A DNA stretch of 64,000 bases from Eledone cirrhosa (Eukaryota), in contig OZ024758.1 of the NCBI GenBank assembly GCA_964016885.1, positions 18,848,001 through 18,912,000 of the forward strand, written 5' to 3'. The position numbers were made by a program, and so were the translations under genes. The notes under the pieces are model-generated. The model ran no database searches, was not told the origin of the DNA, and was given only the letters and a program-made list of their open reading frames with translations. Below, piece by piece: positions 16,994 to 32,571 of the stretch (its first letter is position 1; each line of letters starts with the position of its first letter).

Positions 16994-17645
16994 TAAATTG
17001 AGGGACAGAGAGCGTTGAATGTGTATGTGTGAGGTTGTGTGCGGGTGTTGCTAGATGTATCGAGAAAAATGCTGGAAATATTTTAAATTTAATGTTGCAT
17101 GATCATTTGTGAAATTTCTAAGAATAAATTACTTAAACGTATATATTTACATATATATATATATAAATACATTCTTGATCGCACTTACATTTTAAACATC
17201 AAAATAGTTGTATAAGTGTATGTACAATACATGTGAGTGCGTGTGTATGTGCCTCTCTCAATTTCTCTGTTTTTTCTATCTCTCTAGATATATTGATATA
17301 TATATATATATATATACATACACATGTGTATATGTAAATAACTTGTATGTATTTTTATGGGAATGATAGAATAAATATTTATGCATACGTGCGAATTTGG
17401 ATTGATTTCCTGTTCTTCAAGTATCCCCAAATGTCTGTCTCTGTATTCATTTACACCTTTATGTTCATCATCATAAAAGACATACAAATACAAATCCATA
17501 ACAAATTATTTATTTTGCAACGCATTACTCAAAATATAAAAAAAGTAATTCAAATGATATGAATCTATATAAATTCATCCATCATTCGATATCTCATGCA
17601 AGCAACTAATTACTTAATACGATCTCATTTCTATTTGTTTGAAGA

Positions 17646-17739
17646 TATAAATAATATGTTATCAAATCTATAAATAATATGTTATCAAATCTATAAATAA
17701 TATGTTATCAAATCTATAAATAATATGTTATCAAATCTA
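17646..17739 (+). repeat. 23-bp minisatellite, 4 perfect copies
   Basis: Unit TATAAATAATATGTTATCAAATC with no spacers. Confidence 0.9.
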
Positions 17740-17919
17740 AAGAACGACATAGCTCTAGGTTCGAGATTTCGGATATTAAAATATTACAAAAAAAGGGGAT
17801 CTCATTTATTAAAGATCAAAATTAAGGAACATTATATTTCAATCACATAATACATTTTTCTTAATGCCCTAAAAGTTGTTGTCTCTAGCAGAAATATATA
17901 TATATATATATATATATTT

Positions 17920-18075
17920 AAACTGTTTCATTCGGAGAAATTCATCAGGGCTTTCCGGATTATTCCCTCCGAATGAAACAGTTCTAGTCTTGTAGAAGCC
18001 ATTTCTATATTAAATATTCATACTCTATGTATTGAGTACCTTACTTAATATGATTACCCCGATTGAACCCGGGAA
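17920..18075. mobile_element. Family G foldback element
   Basis: AACTGTTTCATTCGGAG / CTCCGAATGAAACAGTT inverted pair plus tail ending GATTGAACCCGGGAA. Confidence 0.75.
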
Positions 18076-18092
18076 AAACATATATATATATA

Positions 18093-18650
18093 TTTGGCGA
18101 GGGTCATATTGTTATGATATTGACAGAAATAATAACAGAACGCACCCTCTGTTTGGGTTGCGTTTCGCTTCTGTATCTTTTATATTTCCATAGGTAATGT
18201 ATCGGGTAATACTGTATCGGAAAACTCTGGTATAAACACTACACTTGTAACAATTATTGACACATAGGGCTGGGCCCATGGTACCATGTGACGACAAGTG
18301 CAGAGAGATCTCCAGATATAAAGCAATGCCTGTGCCGTGAAGCTTTTATAGAGAGCAAAGGCACTACACAAATCCAGTCCCACTCTCTTAACCAAGATTA
18401 TATTTACCAATATACATACATACGTACGATGTGGTGGCTGCTAAGTCGTTTTCGAGTACGTCCACTACTTTATATCCATGTAGGAGAACCCCTACCGATG
18501 CGCTGAACGAGTGTGACTTTTTAGTCCAGCCAGCGACTTGAAAACTCTGGTACAAACACTACACTTGTAACAATTATTGACACATAGTGCTGGGCCCATG
18601 GTACCATGTAACGACAAGTGCAGAGAGATCTCCATATAATATACATAACT
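18093..18650. mobile_element. Family J-related element with internal 92-bp direct repeat
   Basis: Left end GAGGGTCATATT..GACAGAAATAATAACAG matches the 59051-59173 arms; 18221-18312 repeats at 18541-18632. Confidence 0.6.
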
Positions 18651-19131
18651 CTTTTTGTATTAAATTACACTTATTGGTGTGCGTACATGGGCCATAACAT
18701 TTCTACTCTTTAGAAAACTTATACTTTTAATATTATAAATTTGCAACACAACATTTCACTATTTACTTATGTAAATGTTGTTTCTCTTGTTTTTCTACTT
18801 CTGTCTCATTTTCCTTTTATTCTTCGCCCCACCTATTCCTGGGTGGGTCATGAAGGCAGATATATCCAGTATGCTCATCTCAAAGGCAACCAACGCCAAT
18901 TGAGCCTGTTGGATCGACAAGCACACGCATTCACACACGCCTACCAGCGCGCATACAAACATGCACACCCTCGCATACTCACGCCTACCCATACACACAC
19001 GCATAGACAGGTACATGCTCACGTGCATGCATACGCACACACCCATACACACACGCATATACACCCTCGCACACACATGCACACATGCATTCATACATAC
19101 ACACATACATGGTTGGCATGTACCCATAATT

Positions 19132-19180
<49 letters not shown>

Positions 19181-20699
19181 GTAAGCAGTAAAAGAAAATT
19201 TCCAATATATTTCACTGTATGAAGAACTCAATGTAATCAATATGTTGAAAATGTTGTAGGTTAAGATAAATCTGGAAACGATCGTAAGGCAGTGAAGTTT
19301 ATCTCTCTTGACTTGATTTTTTATTTCATTGTTTTAACTTTTATATATATATATATATATATATATAGGTGCATCCCTGTGTAAAGGTAGATAGTGATAG
19401 ATTCCACGTGTTATGTGTGTATTAATGTTCATATAAGTATGTGAAATCTTCCTTATACGTATGCACATATAATTCAAGATTTACGTACACTATATTTTAC
19501 GTTTTAATTTCATTGTTTTTTTGTTTTGTTTTCAGTTTATGAGCAATCATATTCATTGTGATGAAGGAGAGTTGTTACGATAGAACCGTGAGTTGAATAT
19601 CTCATTTTATTCATTGAAAAGTATAACAAATTATATATTAACTCATACGCGATACTTTATTAGAATACACGTAAATTTGAAATCATTTTTCATACAAAAT
19701 GATATTGCTTTTAGACCATTAATATTTACTTCTTCATCAACGTTTGGATCATTAATCATAATTAGTGATTGAAATCTTTAATTCCGACATAATATCTCAA
19801 ACGTTCCAACGCACATATTTCTTGTTCTGAAGTAGAATTACATTTTCGTATTCATATCATGCCTAAATGTATTTGCACATCAGAGAAGAGAAGTCCTTCT
19901 AACTGGGAATGTAATCTTCATATATTCATAGAAGATTCAGCTGGCTATTATTTACCCAAGGGCCTTACTAATTTATTAACATTAATTATTTAGTATAATA
20001 CAATTTAATAAGGTAAATCTTTCAAAACGTAGAATCAAGCAATATACTATTATCTTATATAGTTATGTCCGTATTAAGTTCAAAATTATTTTCATCGATC
20101 TTGAGTTTAATTAGACCGAGTTCCCCACATAAACAAATAGACCGATAAATTAAGATGAACTCTATTTTCAACAGATTTCATTGTCTCGGTTTCAGAAGTA
20201 AGTATTAATTTCAAGATGAATCTATTATAGAGCGTACTGTGAGTCCAATTAATACTACGTTAAGATGGAAACAGATGTAAATAGAAACTCAATCTTTGAT
20301 TGTACTCACTATGTTCTTGTCAGCAAATAATTCATGAGAAAATAGAAATATTTTTTCTTTCAATAGATGGTTTATGTATATATATGAAATTAATGCAGTT
20401 TAGCTTTTCCATTCATTTACAATCAGATATATGCGTGAATTTTCCAAGCAACTTAAGAAATTAATACTTGCTCGGAATTAAGAATAGATGAATATAGACG
20501 AATATAGTTTGAAATATATAATGTTCATATATATTTATATACGTATATCTTATGAAGTTAATAATGCATTTCCACTCAGTTATTCCTCTATGTACAACCC
20601 CTCCATAAACTGAGTTTGAGGCATTTGGCTTTTGTATATTAGATTAAAACAGTATTTCAGTAAAATAAAATATCAGTAAAAGATACGACATATCATATA

Positions 20700-20925
20700 A
20701 CGTTGTTCCAGTTCACTCAACTGTCGAAATGGGTTGCCACGTGTGTGGTACCAAGCTCCTCGGCTTTAGCCTTTCCGTTGGACAAAATCAGTGACTAGTA
20801 GAGGGGAGAAAGGTATGCATCCGTGACTGCAGGTTTTCCACAAACATCCTTACCGGGACTTTTGCCTCGGAGGGGTAGCTTTATATGTCAAAAGACCCAT
20901 GGCAACTCGTGACCTAAGCGGTTCC
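20700..20925 (+). mobile_element. SINE family 2 remnant (3' part)
   Basis: Aligns with 28400-28625 (TTCCACAAACA.CCTT..C.GGACTT, CCCATGG.CA.TCGTGACC). Confidence 0.55.
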
Positions 20926-21320
20926 TTTGCATTTTATAATGTGGGACTATTACAATATAATATTTTAGCTTCAACCAATATTATTAGAATGAGTCATTCA
21001 GATACTCATTGAACGCAAAATCTGAGTCCTGGTGATATAATTCCTTTACCAGATTGCCGAAACTAACTAGAGATATCGGGTCAGGTTTGCAACGACAACT
21101 GACACATATAAAGGAATTATGGTACATACTACACATCCATAGCTTCGTTTCGGAATAGATATATCTGAGTGTCAGAAGACCCCTTATAAAAGCAGAAATG
21201 ATTTGCTTGCACTTCACTTTTGATCTAGCTGTCGAAAAGACTGTAGCTCAGTTGTCGCTGGCCTGACTCTTTTCCTATATGTATGTATGTATATATATAT
21301 ATATATATATACATATACGT

Positions 21321-21508
21321 TATTCCGGGTTGAATCGGAGGTAACCACAGTAAGTAAGGTACTCAATACATAGCAGAGTATAACAGTTTTAATATAGATG
21401 AGATTCTACAGGACTAGAACTGTTTCATTCATTAGAAATCATCAGGAATCACTGATGATTTCTAATGAATGAAACAGTTCTAGTCCTGTAGAATCTCATC
21501 TATATTAA
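21321..21508. mobile_element. Family G foldback element with a hammerhead on each arm
   Basis: Perfect inverted repeat centred at about 21449; minus-strand HHR 21402-21450; plus-strand core 21452-21495. Confidence 0.85.
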
Positions 21509-21551
<43 letters not shown>

Positions 21552-21734
21552 CGTACATTCATACATACACATATATATACTCATACACATACATTCATAT
21601 ATGTATATACACACATACATACATGCATGCATATATATATACACGCATACGTATAATCATATATCTGCGATCTGACTTACTCGGTCCTCAATGTTGCCAT
21701 TGACTGACCGGCGGTCAAAAATAATACAGATACA

Positions 21735-21773
<39 letters not shown>

Positions 21774-21789
21774 TACATACATTAATATA

Positions 21790-21932
21790 CGTTAAATGTG
21801 AAAGCAACGATTGTTTGCTTAAACTTAAATCTGTTATTTTAATAAATATTTGCTCTACGGTTCTTATATATTTGATATATATGTATCCTTATCGAGCCCT
21901 CTTTGGGTTTTAGTCTTCAAATTTATTATTAT

Positions 21933-21937
<5 letters not shown>
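21790..21937 (+). mobile_element. Family I element (collinear internal site plus tail)
   Basis: ATCTGTTATTTTAATAAATA ... TTTTAGTCTTCAAATTTATTATTATTACTA; the same two ends appear rearranged at 43557, 44531 and 59372. Confidence 0.65.
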
Positions 21938-21980
<43 letters not shown>

Positions 21981-21985
21981 ATGCA

Positions 21986-22052
<67 letters not shown>

Positions 22053-22059
22053 AGGCATT

Positions 22060-22124
<65 letters not shown>

Positions 22125-23731
22125 ATACATATATTTGAACGTACTAGCACAAGTAATCTCCTCCAACGAGAATATACATTTGCTATAAGGAGAGAAATGC
22201 AGATACTTAATAATTGCGGCATTTCCTAATAAACGTTTATTTCAAAGCCTCCCTCGCATTTCACTAAAATTTCAATGCTATTTGCTGTTATTATTCCCAT
22301 AATTTTTTCTTTGTCATATTTGTATTCGAATCGTGCCATATAGAATGTATTCTGTACTTCCAATCTAACATATCTTAATCCCTTTTCCTATTTCTGTTTC
22401 GATTTATAATTTCTCTGAATGTAATTTACTTCACATTTTGTTGTGGTGTTGGTGTTTGTTTCCTGTTGTTGTTTGGATATTTTCCTTACGGCATAATTAG
22501 TCTGTATTCATAATATCCCAATATAAGGACACTGACATTATGAACACATTAAATATTTATTTCATATGGCTTCCATTTATTTTCATTTAAGCGAGTTATA
22601 ATGAGGTTTAGAACATTGCTTTTATATTTCAATACATGAAAATTATGGCAAACGAAATAAATCTAGTTATAGTATAAACGATTTTGAATTGAATATATTA
22701 TTCCGAACACGCCGATTCTCTCTTTTTCCAATCTGTTTTTTTATGTTTATCCTCTTCAAAATCTATAATATTTAGAATATACATTATTGGAATATTTTTA
22801 ATTTCATTTCAAAATATATCGTTAACACTGTAAAACAGAGAAGTGAACATTAAGAAAAAAAAATATTTGCTTAAACATTTATTGTTCACAATCTAAATCT
22901 AAATTAGTCATTCATGGAAGAAAAAATATATATATTCATTTCTATATTGGTTATCTGTCTAGATATGAATGTTACTACACGTCTTCAATGTTTTAGTCAT
23001 CAGATAAACGTATGTGAAATAAACCGTATCGTTATATTGCAATAAGATACGAGAACAGAGATAAGGGGACGTCATTGAATTATGAATATGTGTAAAACTA
23101 TTATAATGATTAAAAACCCGTATGACTCTAAAACCCGGTCCGTCTGTGTGGTTACATACAGACTAGCTGACACTCACTGTAAAGTGTCTAGTGAAAAGCT
23201 GAGTACATGTACATATGTATACATGTGTGTATTTATATGCATACTAATACTTCCGTATACATATGTAGATGTACACTTTAACTTAATTATTATAATGATT
23301 ATTACTGATTTCAGATATAGGGAAAGAATAGTATATACATTATATCAAAACAACTCTTGATCAATGGCCGTATAATCCGAAGGAAATGATTTATATAAAT
23401 AGTTAGCTGGAACATTGTATAAATCAAAAACGACAAAATATATTAAGGTACAGATAACACAAACCGAAAAGCTTTGACGAGTCACTAAATATATTGGCAA
23501 ACCGTAATATGTGCTTGGGAACGTAAACATATTAAGCCTTAACAGATACTAGACATTTTTTCTGTTTCTCAATTGTGATCATGTCTCTATTTTCTAATCG
23601 CGAAGACATTCTTAAGCCCGACACGTGCAAGCTCCTTTCCTCTTTCCAATATACAGCGTGAAACTAATATGACTTGTTTGTAACTTCGTGTGTTGACTCC
23701 TTGAACTATATATATATAAAACAAATTTAAA

Positions 23732-23916
23732 ATAGAAATAGCTTCTACAGGACTAGAACTGTTTCATTCGAAGGAAATCATAAGGAAATGATTTCCTTTG
23801 AACGAAACAGTTCTAGTCTTGTAGATGCCATTTCTATATACATGTGTTGTATACATTCCGCTAGTATATTAACTACCTTACTTATCGTGGTTCCACTCAA
23901 TTGGACCATGGGCTCA
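23732..23916. mobile_element. Family G foldback element
   Basis: GCTTCTACAGGACTAGAACTGTTTC / GAAACAGTTCTAGTCTTGTAGATGC inverted pair plus tail; followed by about 570 bp of (TA)n. Confidence 0.8.
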
Positions 23917-23918
23917 TA

Positions 23919-24752
<834 letters not shown>

Positions 24753-25674
24753 TTATATATATATATAAGCATATATGTTTGTGTGTGTGTGTTTCTCTGC
24801 ATGCATATATATTTGTTCAATGAATGTACTACTTCCATCTAAAATATAACCATAGGTGATGTCAGATTTATCGTATTTAAAATGAAATATTAATTAGACG
24901 AACATACTTTCGCGTTTACTAGTACAGAATTGTGAAGTAAAAAGCTTTTAATATTTGTCAAACAAATACATATTTGAAGATTTCGTTATATTACATTAAA
25001 ATACAATTTTCGATTATGGATTTATTTGCATTAATTTTGTCGGGACGTTCTACTAATCCTTTAAAACGATTGAGGCCATCGGCGGCCAAGAAATACACGT
25101 AATGATTTTCAAACGGAATGGTCTACTTGGAATAAACTCGAACAATCTTAATACATAAATACCACAGACTGTTATATATTCAAAGGTGGACTTTTAAAAC
25201 TTGGCTGATTTGGCTTAAACAGTTCAAATCTAAATAATTACATTTTATCATTTTGTTCCCAAATGATAACGTCTCCTTACAGAAAATTAAACTATTATTC
25301 TATATTTTCATATTTTAAGTTCATGTACTACGCGGCCTTCTTCCTATTTTACAGACTACACGATCAATACATGACAACTAGAAATATAATAAGAAACACT
25401 ACACATGCCAATTGATAAATAAGACATTTACAGAAAAAAAATAAAAGCATTATTCAATGTTTATGTGGACATGATGGGATGCATTTCCCGTGAAAGTTAA
25501 AAAAACACGGACAGACACGCATACGTTTGTATATAGTCCAGTATAAGCTGGTGAAACGGAAAGAGGTCAGCTGTCTGGTTCAGGCACTATATATTATAGC
25601 CATACTCTACTGCACCAATCTTCGAGTACTTTGTCAAACTAGTTTCGAACACGTTCTATCCTTGATAATATTTG

Positions 25675-25787
25675 ATATAGAAATGGCTTCTACTAGACTA
25701 GAACTGTTTCATTCGGGAGAAATCATCAGGAAGCCGAATGTCTAAGTAGTATGGTGGTATTTATTACACCCGATTGAACCAGGGATA
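25675..25787. mobile_element. Family G element (inverted HHR arm joined to tail)
   Basis: Contains HHR 25685-25735 on the minus strand, then tail end ATTACACCCGATTGAACCAGGGATA. Confidence 0.75.
25685..25735 (-). ncRNA. Type-I hammerhead ribozyme motif (family G)
   Basis: Minus strand GGCTTC-CTGATGA-tttctcccgaat-GAA-ACagttctagtctaGT-A-GAAGCC. Confidence 0.8.
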
Positions 25788-25799
25788 CACGTATCTCTC

Positions 25800-25932
<133 letters not shown>

Positions 25933-26151
25933 CGTAAAATAATATATTTATTCCCTTTCAGAAACTAATTAGTTGGGAGTGAAATTTTAGTAAGTAAGTT
26001 AATTTTATAATTTTCTTATTTTACGTCTCTCAAATTATTGTTCTGCAACCCTATGCATTGAACCACAAAGTTACTAAGACAAAACCTATGTATTTGCTAG
26101 CATTGGTATGCATCTGTGTGTATATATATGTTACTAGATATATTAATTCTT

Positions 26152-26192
<41 letters not shown>

Positions 26193-26726
26193 ATGAAAAA
26201 CAATGCTAAGCCTGATTGAGACGAGGTGAGTCTACTTGATTATATATAAAATTAAGAGAAATTCATCAAAACAGCAGGTGTTGAAACTGCTAAAATTTCT
26301 AAGCGATGGGCGAAAATGCCTCGGAAGACAGAAACAAGTGGCCCGTATTCCACAGAGAGACAATCCACATATATGTATGCGTGTGTGTGTTCCTATCGGT
26401 GATTGTGTAGGATCGTGATTCCACGTGTGCATATGTGTATGGACGAATCTGAAATTTGCTGCTATCGGTTTGACAAAGATACATCTTGAGAGATTTGTGA
26501 ACTTGAAAAAATCAACTGAACAATATTGAGATTACAAAACATAGATACGTCAAGCATATATAGATACAAATTAGATAAATTAGTATATTTAAGCATCATT
26601 TTGTGTAGAAATAGAAGAATGTATAGGAACTGAAATACATGCAAAGAAACTATGATCTCATTGCCTCATAATCTAAAACTATTATTACTACGGAACATAT
26701 ATATAAACATACACATATATTCATCG

Positions 26727-26984
26727 ATTTCTGTCGGTATACGTAAAAGGAGAGTAAGATTTTCTGACCACTGCCATCGTGCCACCTACGAGGCTGTATC
26801 GCCATTAGTGCTTTGGAAATCACAAGCAGTCACAAATACCAGGGGGCGCCACCTCTCCAACTGCGATGTCTTGTCCAGAGATTCTGGTGTTGAAATCCAG
26901 GACTTGGAAACGGCAATTAACGACAGACGCACGTGTCGATCAAATGTTGAGTCGATTTCGGCTGATGCCGTCGCAAGATGATGA
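26727..26984 (+). pseudogene. RTE-clade LINE 3'-end remnant (post-RT C-terminal region)
   Basis: IRKRRVRFSDHCHR..LVLWK..RGR..DVLSRDSG..DLETAINDRRTCR fits the RTE RRLRFAGH/RGRP/DR..WR pattern; ends in (TGA)n. Confidence 0.75.
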
Positions 26985-27018
26985 TCTCACACCCCTCTCT
27001 CTCTATATATATATGTAA

Positions 27019-27092
<74 letters not shown>

Positions 27093-27095
<3 letters not shown>

Positions 27096-27194
27096 AGGGT
27101 GTTAAAGTTTGCTTGAAGCATTGTGAAATGTGTAAAATACGTAGTTAAGAAAGCCACAACAACATTGTTGTGGCTTTCTTAACTACGTATTTTA
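27093..27194. mobile_element. TA-embedded mini-foldback (30-bp perfect arms plus 40-bp tail)
   Basis: TAAAATACGTAGTTAAGAAAGCCACAACAA-ca-TTGTTGTGGCTTTCTTAACTACGTATTTTA at 27133-27194. Confidence 0.65.
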
Positions 27195-27472
27195 TATATA
27201 TATATATATATATATACAGACAGACAAAGAGACATATATACATTAAACCGAACATCCAGCTAGCGATTAACGTTTGTATAATTTTTAACCTCTATGTTTT
27301 CTTACGCACTTCAACTAATCGATTTCTTTATGTGCCTAAAATGACTTTATACATATGCAAGTGATAAAGCAATACAAGCAAGAACATATGTCCCTAGTGG
27401 TTTAGAGGTTAAACATGTATTTATCGTTTCGTCTATGCATATATTTATATTTTGTGTGTAAACGCTTATCTG

Positions 27473-27562
<90 letters not shown>

Positions 27563-27691
27563 CGCGTGTATGTATAAACGTGTGTGTGTGAATGTATATG
27601 TGTGTGTGTGCGTGTATGTATATATGTGTGTATGTGTGTATGTATATATGCGTGTGTGTATGTATATATTTGTATATGTACATATATATAT

Positions 27692-27770
<79 letters not shown>

Positions 27771-27923
27771 CATGTATGTATATATATATGTATGTATATA
27801 TATGTTTATATATATATGTATGTATATATACGTTTTTATATATATGTATATATATATATGTATGTATATATATGTTTATATATGTATGTTTATATATGTA
27901 TATATATATGTATGTATATATAT

Positions 27924-27964
<41 letters not shown>

Positions 27965-27998
27965 TGTATATATATGTTTATACATGCTTATGTATGTT

Positions 27999-28075
<77 letters not shown>

Positions 28076-28304
28076 GTGTGTGTGTGTGTGTGCGTGTGTG
28101 TACATGCGTGTAAATTATCTTTAGAATTACTATATTCATATGATAAAATATTGTATTTGTCAAGTATACTGAGGTGCATTCATTCTTATTGGATTTGTAG
28201 GGATTCCATATGTGAAAATGTACGCACTATGAAATAAAGGTATATATATACAATGCTACACAAATTCATGCATGTGCTTCGACATACGTATGTATTTATG
28301 TGAA

Positions 28305-28625
28305 GGTGCATGATTAGTGGTTAGAGAATTGGACTTGCAATCGCGAGTTTGTGAGTTTTATTTTGGCACCGGTTGATGCGTTGTGTACTTGAGGATAAGT
28401 TTATTTGTGTTTGTAACCGTTTACTGAGCTGTAGAAATTAATTGCACTCTCATTGGTGCCAAGATAAATTGGCCATTACTTTTCTTTTCAACAACATTGG
28501 TGGCGTGGAAAGGGAAGACTAATATGCATGGGCGTCTACTGATCTTCCACAAACAACCTTGCCTGGACTTGACCTTCCTACGGGAACTTTCTAGGTGCAA
28601 ACCCCATGGTCATTCGTGACCGAAT
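28305..28625 (+). mobile_element. tRNA-derived SINE family 2, degenerate full-length copy
   Basis: tRNA-like head TAGTGGTTAGAGAATTGGACTTGCAATCG shared with 46848-46935; 3' part shared with 20700-20925. Confidence 0.6.
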
Positions 28626-28707
28626 AGTGTATTTACGATTTGGCTTATATATACATATAATGATAGACTTATGAATTACTAATGTCTGCTTTTGTGAAAT
28701 ACAAATA

Positions 28708-28894
28708 CAGGTAAAATAACGTTATAACGAATTCCATTATAACAAACTTTTCAGTATAACGACATTTTTCTTCAATCCCCGAGTTAATATCAAACAAATG
28801 CTCGATTTGTTTCGGTCAATCTCGTTATAAAGAATTTTTCGTTAGAACGCATGTTCATATACCTTATGAAGTTCGTTATAACGGAACTTAACTA
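28708..28894. mobile_element. pogo/Tigger-like MITE
   Basis: Terminal inverted motifs CAGGTAAAATAACGTTATAACGAA / TTCGTTATAACGGAACTTAACT, internal TATAAC subrepeats, TA on the left flank. Confidence 0.6.
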
Positions 28895-29648
28895 TGTGTT
28901 TGTATTACCTACTGTGCGGTTCAAATATCACGAAATTCTATGAATTCTCGAAGTTCTATCGATTTAGTCATTTTCGATTTTTTTTATTCTAATATTGACT
29001 CGTATCTTTACACAGTCCAATATATATATTAGATATATATTGCACAATTTTACAGTGTTTTGCTTCATATTTTCAATAGAAAATATGATATGAACGTAGC
29101 TATTTCCCAATACTGAGAAAGTACTTTAATACATTTCTTTCTTAATCATTCTAGTGATTGTATTACCAGTTATTGATTTATTGTAATATTCTCTTCTATC
29201 GACATATGTTCTTACCAATAGTGTTCAATGTAATAAAATGTATTTATTAAAGTTGTTTTATGAGATATTTTAGAATTGAATCCATAAAACAAATACGAAT
29301 TGCGACGGATAAAAATATATTATTTCAGGAGAATAATGTTTAAATTATATTACTGGGCTTACATATTCTGTTGTGGGATACAATTCATATATACTTGACC
29401 CAATATTTTGTGTCACAGGAAAATATCAAATTTTTGAATCACTGAATGTAAGCAGTTGTTAAATTCATATACGGCTCTGTCATACGAAGCAGACACAGAG
29501 GTCCTTGTATAAATGATATATATATATGTATAAACAATTATCAAGAGCCCGTCTACTACCCATAATCCTATGCGGAAAGATTTGTGTTTAACATATCTGC
29601 AATAATTCTAGCAAGGAAAAAATAATGGAAAACTCATAGAGCAAACAA

Positions 29649-29752
<104 letters not shown>

Positions 29753-30228
29753 TTCTCGTGATATATGTCTGATGTAAGCATTTTAGCAATATAATGCAAC
29801 TGGAGTCTTCATCAGAGAAATTGCGTCAAATACCTAAAGTATAAATTTATATTACACACTGATATGCCTAAAACTACGTATTTTGACAATTTACTCCAGA
29901 GACGATTAGAAATCATGTCAATGTATAATTCGTAAAATTATGCAACTAAACACCACATACTATTACATATTATAATATAGTAAGTCTTTGTTATTGTAAA
30001 CTAAGTTACCAAACGTAAACTCTGAAAATGTTATAGAACTTGGATGAAAATATATTTATTCTAATTGACAGATATTTAACCATATGTAATAATATATTTT
30101 GATTGTTCACACATTTGGCAATTTAATAACATTTAAATTTAAATATTGTTTACGATATCAGGGTCGATATGTTATTTTCAAACGTCAATACAAATCATAA
30201 AAAAGTATTAGATATACTCTTCATTATC

Positions 30229-30414
30229 TGGATTGTCAGTATCGGTAGAGGGTCGGACACCATGTTTTGACGCATAGAGTTACGGCCCTTGCCATTCTGT
30301 GTTCAAATCTCGCCGAGGTTAACTTTGCCTTTCATTCTTACGTCGTCGATAAAATAAATTTCCAGTAATGTACTGGGTAATGGCTGGCATTATGCCAATA
30401 GTAGAAACAATTAT
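30229..30414 (+). mobile_element. SINE family 1
   Basis: Near full-length alignment to the other copies. Confidence 0.85.
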
Positions 30415-30564
30415 GTTTCTGTAGGTAAGCGGTATGTATTTGTTTGGTGAGATGTATTTTATGCTTATTTGCTTGTCACTTGTTTATATATTTGAAATAT
30501 ATGTGCGTTAGAATTTGCATGGGTCTATTAGAATCGAATATATATAGTTTAGTACACCCCCCCC

Positions 30565-30623
<59 letters not shown>

Positions 30624-31203
30624 TGTACAAATAGTATATTTGGCAATATACCGTATGTTTAATTAAACACATTTAGAAGACCATACGTTATCAGTTTTTA
30701 GGTAGTGACTATGTCACTTCCTTTCGACGAAAGAAAGGAGAGAAGCTGACAGTCTATTTCACGCTGGTTTGCGTTCATTAGAGCCACGCACAACCTGCTT
30801 CCGCCAAAACTTATAGAAACAGGATTCTTATAGAATTCCAGTAATAAGTTGAATGTTACCATAGAATGACACCACTCGGAAATAACGAATAATCATTTTA
30901 CAGAAAATAAAGCTGGCACAGCAGCCGTAGCAGTGTAAACTATACGCGACAGTCAACAGGTTAAAGTGAGTACATTGTCTTTAAGTTGTTCTAGTTACAT
31001 AAATATATAAAAATGAAAAGTATATTTCAGGTCGTCTTTTCACTGACTATTGTTTGAATTGATGATAAAACATTGTCCTGTCAGTTCGTGTTCCATATGA
31101 TATGTCATTTAACATGCTAAATATATTGTAACTACTTAAATATTCAAAACTTTAACTTGTATTTGACATGTGACATTAAACTTGATGCTTGAACTATTAT
31201 ATT

Positions 31204-31393
31204 AATAATTGTTTCTACGTTAGGCACAAGGCCAGCAATTATCCAGTGTATTACTGGTACTTTATTTTATCGACCCCGTAAGGATGAAAGGCAAAGTTAA
31301 CCTCGGCCGGTTTTGAACTCAGAATGGCAAGGGCAGTGACTCTATGTGCCAAAGCATGGCATCCGACACTCTACCAATACTGCCAATCCACCA
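31204..31393 (-). mobile_element. SINE family 1
   Basis: Reverse-complement full-length copy. Confidence 0.85.
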
Positions 31394-31630
31394 TTAATAA
31401 TAAGTATAAATTATATCTTATTAGTTTTTCTCTATATGAAGCGTAGGTTCATTCTCTGAATTCATGTGATTAAGGGTCGTTAAAAAATTAATATACTATT
31501 TTAGACTTAATGAATATTCTCTGAAACTATAAATTTGCATTATCATTATCTTGGAAATGATTCAAAAATGACATTCAGTGACGAGAAAAAAATCAGATAA
31601 TATTAAACTACATGTAAATGACTGATACCA

Positions 31631-31705
<75 letters not shown>

Positions 31706-32089
31706 TATAATATGAATATATATTATATATACGTTTGTAAATATTAAGTATAGGCGAGGTGCCAGATTTTCATTAACATCATTGAGGTCTGAGGCGTGTT
31801 TCGCTATTGATTAGCTCAAGGTACGATCTATATCGGTTGAGCACTATTCTCGAATCAAAAGCTTATCAGACTTCTGTTAAAGAAATGTATCAGATTTTGA
31901 TTGAAGAATCAGGCCCGATCGATAACGTGCATCACATCTGAATAATCTAGATGAATTTGACTTCTTGTCCCATATTATTTCAATAATAATTACATTCTGT
32001 TTACGACAACCCGAAGGTAGATACTGAAGGCTACGCATCGAGTGCTCAATTTGGTGAAACAACAATAACTTGATCTTACAATCCCTACA

Positions 32090-32173
<84 letters not shown>

Positions 32174-32425
32174 ATAATAATAAATTTGAAGATATCTATG
32201 TGTGTGTGCATAATACATAATTTCATCTGTGTATAAGTAAACCATGATTGGGGAAAATAGATGTAAGTTTATTTTTATCATTCTTTGTTAAGACCTAATT
32301 ATTTCCTTTATATCAATACTTCAATCACCCAATTGCGTGAATGTTCCAGTAAAATAATCACCAATACACCCCAATTAAGATATATTTGGGAATATATTTT
32401 CATGAATATTATTATTAATAGAAAA

Positions 32426-32571
32426 TTGTGGTGGTGGATTGGCAGTTTCGGTAGAGGATCTGACGTCAAATCTTGCCGAGGTTAACTTTGCCATTCATCC
32501 TTACGGGGTCGATAAAATAAGTACCAGTAATACATAGGTATAATGCTGGCTTTGTACCAAACGTAGAAACA
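32426..32571 (+). mobile_element. SINE family 1 with internal deletion and 18-bp TSD
   Basis: ATTATTATTAATAGAAAA at 32408-32425 and 32572-32589. Confidence 0.85.

Noticed and set aside
17646-17739. Possible CRISPR array
   Set aside because: Contiguous 23-bp tandem units with no spacers, eukaryotic context and no cas genes.
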